DNA of 64,000 bases from Chloroflexota bacterium (lineage in GTDB: Bacteria; Chloroflexota; Anaerolineae; Aggregatilineales; Phototrophicaceae): contig JACAER010000043.1 of the NCBI GenBank assembly GCA_013388745.1, forward strand, positions 6,165 through 70,164. Direction: 5' to 3'. A model generated the notes under the pieces. The model saw only the letters and a program-made list of their open reading frames with translations, was not told the origin of the DNA and did not search any database. Every line of letters starts with the position of its first letter. Positions within the stretch are counted from its first letter, which is position 1. Made by a program: the position numbers and the translations under genes. Shown piece after piece: positions 43,924-51,950 of this stretch.

Positions 43924-43951
43924 ATTATAACGCCGGTGTTGGCGGCGTCAA
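43924..43951 (-). promoter_or_regulatory. sigma70-type promoter of tRNA-Lys
   Basis: On the minus strand: TTGACG (43951-43946), 16-nt spacer, TATAAT (43929-43924). It lies 11 nt upstream of the tRNA 5' end. Confidence 0.6.
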
Positions 43952-43965
43952 GGGTGATGCTGACT

Positions 43966-44718
43966 TCAGCGCGTGCCTAACTGCCGCAGCACGGCGATCG
44001 TCGCTGCGACTGTCTGCCGCTGCTGCTCCTCCGGTGAAATCGAAGCCACACCATCCCCGGCCTGAACACCATACCAGCCGAATTGAGCGTGATTCCCGCC
44101 CTCGATGACGACGAAAACGCTATCGGGCGGCAGCAATGCACGCGAAGCCTCGATGTTGGTCAAAGTGGTCAAGGTATCGTTGCTGCCATAAATCGATACA
44201 GTCACTAAATCGTTGCGCGCGGCCAGCGCCTCGCTGCCCTGCGGAAACGACGCCCACAGCACCAGCCCATCGACCAGGCGGGGATTCTGCGCCGTGAACT
44301 GCGCTGCGGCAATCCCGCCCAGCGAGTGTCCGCCGAGTGCCCAGTAGTCAATGTCGAGATATGCCAGCATCACAGCGCGCGCTGCTTCGACATCCAACAA
44401 CGCCAGATTTAAGGGCATGGGCACGATTACCACCAGAAAACCGGCGCGGGCAATATCACGCGCGAAGGGCGCATAAGCGCGAGGGTCCACCCGTCCGCCG
44501 GGATAAAAGATCAGGCCCATAGTGACTTCCTGCCCTTCGGGCTGGAACACCAGCCAGCGCTCGCTGCTGACGATCACCCCGTCGCCCGATTCGAGCGCCG
44601 CCAGCGCTTCGGGACTGGCCGATTGAGCGTTGCTCGCCCACAGCAGAAACGCGCCGCTGCTCAGCGCGAGAATCAGCAGCAGCAGCAAAAAATAATAGCG
44701 CATCTTGAACGTTTGCAT
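43966..44718 (-). CDS. secreted/membrane-anchored alpha/beta hydrolase
   Basis: 250 aa. N-terminal hydrophobic anchor, nucleophile elbow GGHSLGG and a late GGNHAQF His. Confidence 0.8.
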   Translation of the reverse strand: MQTFKMRYYFLLLLLILALSSGAFLLWASNAQSASPEALAALESGDGVIVSSERWLVFQPEGQEVTMGLIFYPGGRVDPRAYAPFARDIARAGFLVVIVPMPLNLALLDVEAARAVMLAYLDIDYWALGGHSLGGIAAAQFTAQNPRLVDGLVLWASFPQGSEALAARNDLVTVSIYGSNDTLTTLTNIEASRALLPPDSVFVVIEGGNHAQFGWYGVQAGDGVASISPEEQQRQTVAATIAVLRQLGTR

Positions 44719-44893
44719 AACACACCTGACTCACTGGAAAATGACATTCTATCATACGTCGGGCGCGTGAGGCAGAGTTAAGCATAGTCTGAGGGCGGGC
44801 TTTGCAAAGTGGGCAAGTGATGGTAAAAGGAAACAGCGCGCCGAACAGCGGCGCACAGCGGCGCCGAGACAGCGCCAGAAAGCGGTTAACACC

Positions 44894-46126
44894 ATGAGCG
44901 GGACAGTTTTTATCAAGAGCGGGCGCGCTAAACCCATTCTCCAGCAGCATCCCTGGATCTTTTCCGGCGCGATAGAGCGCGTGGAAGGCAGCCCAGCGCC
45001 GGGTGAAATCGTCACGGTCAAAGACAGCGGCAGCAACTTCCTGGCGCGCGGCTACTGGAATCCGCGTTCACAGATTCAGGTACGCCTTTTGACGTGGGCC
45101 GACGAAGCGATTGACGAGGCCTGGTGGCGGCGGATGCTGCGGCGGGCTTTCGACGCGCGCCCCATACGCACGGCCAGCTATATGCGCGGCGACGCCGGCA
45201 AACCTGCCTTCCGTCTGGTGAACGCCGAAAACGATTTTCTGCCCGGCCTGATCGTTGATGTCTACGATCGCTGGCTGGTGCTGCAAGCGCTTACGCTCGG
45301 CATTGACCAGCGTAAGCCTCTGCTGGTGAAACTGCTGGCCGAAATCATGCATCCGATGGGCATTTACGAACGCAGCGACATTGATGTGCGCGGCAAAGAA
45401 GGGCTGACAGCCAGCAGCGGCATGTTGTGGGGTGTCGAAGCGCCGCCGCGTATCACGATTGCTGAAAGTTACGGCAAGCCGCAGATGCTCGTGGACATCC
45501 GCCAGGGACACAAAACCGGCCTGTACCTCGATCAGAGCGAAAATCGCGCCCTCGTGGGCGAACTGCTTTCTACGCGCATCAGCGGCCCCGCGCGGCTGTT
45601 GAACGTTTTCAGTTACACAGGCGGCTTTGGCTTGCACGCGCTGCTCAACGGCGGCGCGCATGTCGTCAACGTCGATTCGTCGCATGAAGCGCTGGAACTG
45701 GCGGAAGAAAACGCGCGCCTCAACGGGCTGACGGGCGAACACGGCGAAAGCGCTGAATACATTCAGGCCGATGCCTTCGTTTACCTGCGCGACATGGCAA
45801 GCGCGGGCGAGCAGTATGAGATCATCGTGTTGGATCCGCCGAAATTCGCCAGCAGCGCGCAGCAGGTGGAAAAAGCGGCGCGTGGTTACAAGGACATCAA
45901 CCTACACGCACTCAAGTGTGTGCGCAGCGGCGGTTATCTGCTGACGTTTTCCTGTTCAGGCGCGGTCAGTCGCGATCTGTTCCAGAAGATCGTCTTCGGC
46001 GCGCTGGCCGACAGCGGGCGGCAGGCGCAGATCGTGCGCCATCTGGGCGCGGCGGACGATCATCCGGTCGCGCTCACCTTCCCGGAGGGCGAATACCTGA
46101 AAGGGCTGCTGCTGCGTGTGTGGTGA
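44894..46126 (+). CDS. rlmI: 23S rRNA (cytosine-C5)-methyltransferase RlmI-like
   Basis: 410 aa. PUA-like N-terminus (QQHPWIFSGAIERVEG), SAM-MT core (LNVFSYTGGFGLHA, VLDPPKFA, LLTFSCS). Confidence 0.85.
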   Translation: MSGTVFIKSGRAKPILQQHPWIFSGAIERVEGSPAPGEIVTVKDSGSNFLARGYWNPRSQIQVRLLTWADEAIDEAWWRRMLRRAFDARPIRTASYMRGDAGKPAFRLVNAENDFLPGLIVDVYDRWLVLQALTLGIDQRKPLLVKLLAEIMHPMGIYERSDIDVRGKEGLTASSGMLWGVEAPPRITIAESYGKPQMLVDIRQGHKTGLYLDQSENRALVGELLSTRISGPARLLNVFSYTGGFGLHALLNGGAHVVNVDSSHEALELAEENARLNGLTGEHGESAEYIQADAFVYLRDMASAGEQYEIIVLDPPKFASSAQQVEKAARGYKDINLHALKCVRSGGYLLTFSCSGAVSRDLFQKIVFGALADSGRQAQIVRHLGAADDHPVALTFPEGEYLKGLLLRVW

Positions 46127-46216
46127 GGGACTTTTTCCGCGCTGCACGACCCTCACAGAGCAGGCTGTGAAGGCTGCGCCGCTGATTTAGCTATGTGTTC
46201 AAGCACACTGCGCTGT

Positions 46217-47260
46217 TTAGCCATTTTGGACAAGGGCGCCGTAACGCTCCTGGTAGGCCTCATCGAGGATTTCCAGCAGGCTGTATAGATGATGCGCGTA
46301 ATCGAAGTGATTGCGCACAGTGCCGCGCGCGTCCTGGCACATGTGGCTAACGGCGGCGGCATTGGCCGGATCAAAGACCCAGTCGAGCGCCCGCAGATAG
46401 CCTGCTGGCGAGCCATCCACCACCAGCGCTGTTTTTCCATCTTCTACAAGATCGCCCACACCGAAAACGCGGTTGATAATCGTTGGCTTGCCCAGCGCCA
46501 TGGCATTCAAATAGGTTTGCTGCCCAGCGGAACGCATCAATCCCTGCTTAATCGGGATGACAACGGCGGCAGCCGAGCGCATCAGATGCACATATTCTTC
46601 GTGCGCAACTGCCTTTGCTGTGACGTTAGGCGGCAAATCGGCGCGCCCGTTCAGGCGGTTTGTGGCGATGACAAAGCGACGCTCCGGCATCCGCCGTGCC
46701 ACTTCCAGCAGCGGTTCATAATCCCGGTGGGCGTTGCCCCCGGCGAAAATGTAATCTTCTGCTGGTGGTAGTGGATAGGCAATGTCCGCTTCGCTAAAGG
46801 TGTAGAAAAAGCGACAGTGCCGCATTTTCGCTGGACTCACCTTCCAAAGGCGCGGAAAAACTTCCAGTTCTTCGCTTGACCAGGCGATGTAGCGCGTGAT
46901 CGCACGGTCGGCCAGCCGTATCAGCAGTCGTTCGAGTTTGCCGCGCAGCCCGCCGTTCGGATTGTACATTTCGCCCGCCAGTGCAATGATCGGTTGGTGG
47001 CGAATGGGCAGCAAGCCGATGAGGACGCACGCCAGCAGTTCGGGATACAGAGTGCCGGACGACGCATCGAGCAGCAGCACTTGCTCTTTAAAAACTGCTT
47101 TAGTAATCAGAAGTACTTGATACAATTCCAGCAGCAGAGAGAACCGGTTATGCGTGTCACTGTCGGGCAACTCGATGATGCGCACACGCGCTTTCCACAC
47201 TTCGTTGTCTGAATAATCGATGGTGGTCGCGTACTGCCTCATGGCAGTCTGCATTTTCAT
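46217..47260 (-). CDS. glycosyltransferase (GT-B, family 1/4-like)
   Basis: C-terminal half QQTYLNAMALGKPTIINRVFGVGDLVEDGKTALVVD fits the GT1 E-x7-E region. Start set at MKMQTAM (47260), preceded by AGGGGA. The track ORF's first ~130 aa overlap the ABC ATPase gene. Confidence 0.7.
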   Translation of the reverse strand: MKMQTAMRQYATTIDYSDNEVWKARVRIIELPDSDTHNRFSLLLELYQVLLITKAVFKEQVLLLDASSGTLYPELLACVLIGLLPIRHQPIIALAGEMYNPNGGLRGKLERLLIRLADRAITRYIAWSSEELEVFPRLWKVSPAKMRHCRFFYTFSEADIAYPLPPAEDYIFAGGNAHRDYEPLLEVARRMPERRFVIATNRLNGRADLPPNVTAKAVAHEEYVHLMRSAAAVVIPIKQGLMRSAGQQTYLNAMALGKPTIINRVFGVGDLVEDGKTALVVDGSPAGYLRALDWVFDPANAAAVSHMCQDARGTVRNHFDYAHHLYSLLEILDEAYQERYGALVQNG

Positions 47261-47355
47261 ATCCCCTGAACCCTTCAATAACGCGGCGCTGTGAAAAATA
47301 GCTTCGGCTATCCATTCGCCCATTAAAAATCGCAATCTATCGTATTCGTTCGTCC

Positions 47356-48429
47356 TCACGCCACGCGCAGCCCGCTGGCGCTGTCGAAAAACAGCATGTG
47401 CTCGCGCAGCGGCGCGCAGCGCAGCGTCTCGCCCACGCGCACAGCCGGCGTCAGCGGCAGCAGCAGCGTCCAGCGTTCGCGCCCCGCGCCCACCGTCACC
47501 ATCTGCTGGCGTTCGGCATACAGCGGCGTCACCAGTTCCACCAGACACGACACCCCCGCTGCATCCAGCACCCAATGTTCCGGGCGCACCCCCAGCGTCA
47601 GCGGCGTGCCCTCCGGCAGATCGCCGCGTATGCGGTAGCCGCCGAGATTTTCGCCGGCCCACGACGCGCCCACGCTGCGCCCGGCGAACAGGTTAATCGG
47701 CGGCGTGCCGATAAAGGTGGCGATAAACAGGTTGATCGGGCTTTCATACAACTGGGCGTAGCTGCCGACCTGCTCCAGATGGCCGTCACGCATGACGGCG
47801 ATACGCTGCGCCAGCGCGATCGCCTCGTGCTGGTCGTGGGTGACGTAGACGCTGGTCACCGGGAACTCGTGCAGCAGGCGCTTGAGTTCGTAGCGCGCCG
47901 CCATGCGGAATTTGGCGTCCAGATTGGCGAACGGTTCGTCGAGCAGCAGCACGTTCAGGTCGCGGGTGAGCGCACGCGCGATGCCGATGCGCTGCTGTTC
48001 GCCGCCAGAAAGCTGACTGGTTTTGCGCGTCAACAGTTTTTCCAGCCCGAAGCCCGTAATCTGCGCGATACGCCGCACCCGCTCCGGCACTTCTTTTTCG
48101 CGGTGACGCAGCCACAGGAAAAAACCAACGTTTTGCCCGGCCTGCCAGTGTGGAATCAGCGCGCCGTGCTGGAAGACCATACCGATGTTGCGCTGCATCA
48201 GTGGAATCTCGCTCACAGGTTGGTGATCGTAGAGTACGCGCCCGCTGTTTGGCGTTTCCAGCCCGGCGATCAGGCGCAGCAGGGTCGTTTTGCCACAACC
48301 GGACGGGCCAACAATCGCCAGCGTTTCGCGCGGGGCAATTTTCAGCGAGACATCCTGCACCGCGCGCACCGCTGCTGTAGTGCTGTCCCTGAACTGCTTA
48401 GACACATGCTCAAGTGTTACCGTCGTCAA
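47356..48429 (-). CDS. MalK/UgpC/MsiK-type sugar ABC transporter ATP-binding protein
   Basis: Walker A GPSGCGKTT, signature LSGGEQQR, Walker B LLLDEPFANLD, C-terminal TOBE-like regulatory domain. Confidence 0.9.
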   Translation of the reverse strand: MTTVTLEHVSKQFRDSTTAAVRAVQDVSLKIAPRETLAIVGPSGCGKTTLLRLIAGLETPNSGRVLYDHQPVSEIPLMQRNIGMVFQHGALIPHWQAGQNVGFFLWLRHREKEVPERVRRIAQITGFGLEKLLTRKTSQLSGGEQQRIGIARALTRDLNVLLLDEPFANLDAKFRMAARYELKRLLHEFPVTSVYVTHDQHEAIALAQRIAVMRDGHLEQVGSYAQLYESPINLFIATFIGTPPINLFAGRSVGASWAGENLGGYRIRGDLPEGTPLTLGVRPEHWVLDAAGVSCLVELVTPLYAERQQMVTVGAGRERWTLLLPLTPAVRVGETLRCAPLREHMLFFDSASGLRVA

Positions 48430-48444
48430 ATGACCTCCTCTGCA

Positions 48445-49758
48445 TCAGGGCGTGGCCCCAAACACAGCAAGTGTAATATCGAACGCGCCGGTTTCATCGC
48501 CCAGAAAACGTGTGTCTTCGTTGACCCGGAATTGCAGCATCCCGCTTTCGGCAGAAACAAATGTCGCGTAAGCGCCGACCACGAACGGCGTGCCTTCCGC
48601 GCCGATACGCGCCAGCAGCGCCACCATATTGGCGCCGGGCAGCACAAAAAATGGCACCGATTCGGGCACAATACCATCGATGGGTAGGCTGCCGTTGGGT
48701 CCTGCCGTGATATTGGGGCAAAGCTGTGTGCAGTCATAGCGCAGAATGCGGGCGGAACTGTCACAGGTGAGCTGACACGTCGGCCAGATACTGACTTCGC
48801 CCGTGGCGAGCACGGTGAACACGTCGCGGGGTTGCAGGCGCACACCGCTGTCTACCCAGTCGGCGGCATTGCCAGGCACAGACAGCGTAACCACCGTGCC
48901 CGATGTGATCGGTTCCAGTGTCGGTAGTTCGCCGAATGGTGGAATCTGCAAGCGGCGAGGCAGCGCAGCAAACGGTAAATTTGAAAATTCGCCGGGAGCA
49001 AAGGGTTCGGGCTGCGCGGGGCGTTCGCCCGCGCGGCCCGCGATGCGGAAACCAGCGGCGGCAGAAGTGTCGGGACGGAAGGTGCCCTCTGGCGCGCTGG
49101 CATCCGGGCTGGCTTCGGGGCTAGTCAGACCGACCTGTCCCTCGAACGTGAATACTTCCAGCTCATCAAACTGTTCGGCGATCAGCAGTGCCGTGCTGCC
49201 AACATCGACACGCAGGCCATTGACCATCAGACTGACGACGAGATTCTGCGGCGCTTGCACCAGAATACCGGCGCGCGGCGCTTCGGCGCATTCCGGTTGG
49301 CCCAGTCCGCTGACAAAACGGAAAGCCTGCATCGGGGCATTAAAAGCCGCTGCCTCGCTGGTCTGTGTTTCCGGCGTGTTTTCACTTTCGATCTGGACAT
49401 CGCCAAAGATCACGAAGGTTACATTCTGGCCGGGCAGCGAATCGGGCAGGCTGGCTTGCAGCGAGAGCACGGCTATGCCCCACACACCGGCTGCGCTGGA
49501 CAGCGCAGCGGTGGCTAGCGTGGCAATGTCGGCGATGGAGGTCAGATCGCCGGTCTGCGCAAAGTTCTCCAGTTCGGTCTGCTGCCAATCCGTAGCGTTG
49601 ATAAGCGTGTTGCCGTAACAGGCCACATTGCGCTCCAAATTTGCGCAGAGCTCGCCCACCTGCGCCAGCGCTTGTTCGACCAGGGCGGGACAGTCGTCCT
49701 GTGCCCGTGCCAAGGATACGGCGATCAGAATGAAGACAAAAAAAGACAGGCGTTTCAT
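48445..49758 (-). CDS. secreted hypothetical protein with C-terminal jelly-roll (PA-IL/LecA-like) domain suspected
   Basis: Start at MKRLSFFVFILIAVSLARAQ (signal peptide; GGGAG 7 nt upstream). The C-terminal ~130 aa (DVFTVLATGEVSIWP...GPNGSLP...MVALLARIGAEG...GMLQFRVNEDTRFLGDETGAFDITL) resemble the LecA-type fold pattern from memory. Confidence 0.7.
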   Translation of the reverse strand: MKRLSFFVFILIAVSLARAQDDCPALVEQALAQVGELCANLERNVACYGNTLINATDWQQTELENFAQTGDLTSIADIATLATAALSSAAGVWGIAVLSLQASLPDSLPGQNVTFVIFGDVQIESENTPETQTSEAAAFNAPMQAFRFVSGLGQPECAEAPRAGILVQAPQNLVVSLMVNGLRVDVGSTALLIAEQFDELEVFTFEGQVGLTSPEASPDASAPEGTFRPDTSAAAGFRIAGRAGERPAQPEPFAPGEFSNLPFAALPRRLQIPPFGELPTLEPITSGTVVTLSVPGNAADWVDSGVRLQPRDVFTVLATGEVSIWPTCQLTCDSSARILRYDCTQLCPNITAGPNGSLPIDGIVPESVPFFVLPGANMVALLARIGAEGTPFVVGAYATFVSAESGMLQFRVNEDTRFLGDETGAFDITLAVFGATP

Positions 49759-49973
49759 GAAAGTACTCCCTGGAACTGCCCCCGGGTTTCCTCTCATTAT
49801 ACAATCGAACATCTTTATATTTATCGTAATATTTTATTATCATAGTGCCAATACGAAGTATCACCGCGTGCTGATATACGCTTGTCGTGGCGAGTACGCG
49901 CATATGTACGTATGTTCGCATTTTCGATCAGTTTTATGCTATTCTGAATGAGGACGCTGTTCACGGAGGAGAA

Positions 49974-50849
49974 ATGCACCATCACACGACCAGTCTGTTC
50001 GAAAGTGGCCTGCTGCGCGTCGAGGCCTTTCATTGCGCGGGGCAGCACAGCGGTTTTGCGCGCGAAGAATGCACCAGCGCCCATGAGATTGTGGTCGTGC
50101 GGCGGGGCACGTTCGTCAAACGCGACGCCAGCGGCACACAGATCGCCGATGCCGGCAGTGCGCTGTTTTTCGCGCAGAATCAACCGTATCAGATCAGCCA
50201 TCCGCTGGCGGGCGGCGATTCGTGTGTCATCTTTACGCTGCGCCCGGCGCTGCTGTTCGACATGCTGCGCCCGCACAATCCCGGCGCTGATGCGCGCCCG
50301 GAACAACCCTTTGCCGCCAGTCATGCTTTTTTGAGCGCGCCGCTGCGCCTGCGACAGGTTGTACTGCTGGCGCTGCTTGAACGCGAACCTGACAATACCC
50401 TGCTGTTGGAAGAAACGGCCATAAGCTGGCTGCGGCATCTGCTGCCGCCTCGCGCCACGCGCCAGCGATCCACTGCGCGGGCGTTAACCCGCAGCGCGCG
50501 CGCCGACTTTGTGCAGCAGGTGCGTTTGGCGCTGCTCGCCAACTTTCGCCGCAAGGTGAGTTTGAGCGAGCTGGCTGCCGCTGTGCATGTCTCGCCGTTT
50601 TTTCTGTGCCGGGTGTTTAAGGAAAGCACGGGACTGACGCTGCATCAGTATATGCTGCGCTTACGCCTGTTCGCGGCGCTGGAGGCGCTGCTGCAAAATC
50701 CACGCAGTGACCTGACTGAGCTGGCGCTGAGTCTCGGTTTCGCCAGTCACAGCCATTTTCCCGGCACATTTACCAGAGTATTCGGCCTGCCGCCCTCGCG
50801 GCTCCGGCAAGATTCTGGCGGCGATTTGCGCAAGATTTTGGAAGCGTGA
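49974..50849 (+). CDS. AraC-family transcriptional regulator
   Basis: ATG at 49974 follows GGAGGAG. C-terminal double HTH (LSELAAAVHVSPFFLCRVFKESTG...LALSLGFASHSHFPGTFTRVFG). Confidence 0.85.
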   Translation: MHHHTTSLFESGLLRVEAFHCAGQHSGFAREECTSAHEIVVVRRGTFVKRDASGTQIADAGSALFFAQNQPYQISHPLAGGDSCVIFTLRPALLFDMLRPHNPGADARPEQPFAASHAFLSAPLRLRQVVLLALLEREPDNTLLLEETAISWLRHLLPPRATRQRSTARALTRSARADFVQQVRLALLANFRRKVSLSELAAAVHVSPFFLCRVFKESTGLTLHQYMLRLRLFAALEALLQNPRSDLTELALSLGFASHSHFPGTFTRVFGLPPSRLRQDSGGDLRKILEA

Positions 50850-50906
50850 ACGTGGCTGCACAGCTTATGCTTCTGATGTTCAAGAGCAGCATAAGGAGCA
50901 AGAACA

Positions 50907-51314
50907 ATGTCCGCAGCATTTACCAGCGCCCAGGCCGAAGTCTGGCAGGTGATCGAAGCCTTTAACAAAGCCTTCGCGGCCAACGACAGCGCCACCTATT
51001 TCACCTATATCGATGAGGCGATCAGCGTGATTACACCCTCTAATCCTTACCGCATTGAGGGGCTGGCCGATGATCGTGAGGAATTTGAGTTCGGGCTGCG
51101 CGAAGGCTACAGCCGTGTCGGCTACTTTCAGGAGCTTCAACCGGAGGTGCGCGTGTACGGTGATACAGCCGTCGTCACCTATTATTCCAGAGGCAGTTAC
51201 GGACCAGAAGGCCGGGCGCGCCCGGCGTATCTCAAGGAAACCGATGTATTGATGAGAAAGGCCGGACAGTGGAAAATCGTACACATTCATGTTTCGGCTA
51301 CTGTTCAGGGATAA
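50907..51314 (+). CDS. SnoaL-like / DUF4440 (NTF2-fold) protein
   Basis: 135 aa. VWQVIEAFNKAFAANDSATYFTYI...GQWKIVHIHVS is a typical NTF2-like pattern. Confidence 0.75.
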   Translation: MSAAFTSAQAEVWQVIEAFNKAFAANDSATYFTYIDEAISVITPSNPYRIEGLADDREEFEFGLREGYSRVGYFQELQPEVRVYGDTAVVTYYSRGSYGPEGRARPAYLKETDVLMRKAGQWKIVHIHVSATVQG

Positions 51315-51318
51315 ACCT

Positions 51319-51894
51319 ATGCCCACGATCAGCTTTCATCCCCTGACGCCTGAACGCTGGACAGATTTCGAGCGGCTTTTCGGCACAACCGGCGGCGTGG
51401 GCGGCTGCTGGTGTATGCACTGGCGCACCACCAACAAGCAGTTTGTCGCGCAGCAGGGCGCAGGCAACCGGCAGGCTATGCGCGCGCTAGTGGAAGCATC
51501 CGCGCCGGTGGGGATTCTGGCGTGTGTGGACGAGCAGCCGGCAGGCTGGTGCTCGCTTTCCCCGCGCGACGCTTTCCCCCGTCTGAAAACGTCGAAAGTG
51601 TTTCAAGGGCTGGACGGTCAGCCGGTGTGGGCCATCGTGTGTTTTTTCATCGCGCGCGCTTTCCGCCGCCAGCGGCTTTCGGCGCGCCTGCTGCAAGCCG
51701 CGCTGGACTATGCGCGCGCGCGGGGAGCACAGATCGTCGAAGCCTGCCCGGTGGAGCCGCAGCAGGAGAGGATGCCGGAAGTCTTCGCTTTCACGGGCAT
51801 CGCGTCGGTATTTTACGCCGCTGGCTTTGTGGAAGTCGCGCGGCGCAGCCCAACACGCCCGCTGCTGCGTTATTATTTTGAGCAGATGGCTTAA
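51319..51894 (+). CDS. GNAT-family N-acetyltransferase
   Basis: Start at MPTISFHPL (51319). VCFFIARAFRRQRLSARLLQAALDYAR is the acetyl-CoA binding motif. Confidence 0.8.
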   Translation: MPTISFHPLTPERWTDFERLFGTTGGVGGCWCMHWRTTNKQFVAQQGAGNRQAMRALVEASAPVGILACVDEQPAGWCSLSPRDAFPRLKTSKVFQGLDGQPVWAIVCFFIARAFRRQRLSARLLQAALDYARARGAQIVEACPVEPQQERMPEVFAFTGIASVFYAAGFVEVARRSPTRPLLRYYFEQMA

Positions 51895-51896
51895 TA

Positions 51897-51924
51897 ATAA
51901 AAAGGGCGACTCGCTGAGTCGCCC
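51897..51924 (-). terminator. intrinsic terminator after glmS
   Basis: Minus strand reads GGGCGACTC-AGC-GAGTCGCCC followed by TTTTTATTATT. It lies 27 nt downstream of the glmS stop. Confidence 0.7.
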
Positions 51925-51950
51925 CTGCGAATACGACGCGACGATGGCAG

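Noticed and set aside
43248-43965. tRNA-flanked genomic island / integrated element
   Set aside because: No integrase, excisionase, direct repeat of a tRNA 3' end or other mobile gene is visible. Only a short TIR-like remnant is present.
47261-47662. N-terminal ~130 aa of the 481-aa ORF (46217..47662)
   Set aside because: It overlaps the 3' end of the ABC ATPase gene and is Gly/Ala/Arg low-complexity. The internal ATG at 47260 has an AGGGGA ribosome-binding site.
47356-48429. Orphan ABC ATPase without permease as a novel system
   Set aside because: MalK/MsiK-type ATPases encoded apart from the several sugar permeases they serve are well known in Actinobacteria and other monoderm lineages. 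This is not unusual by itself.
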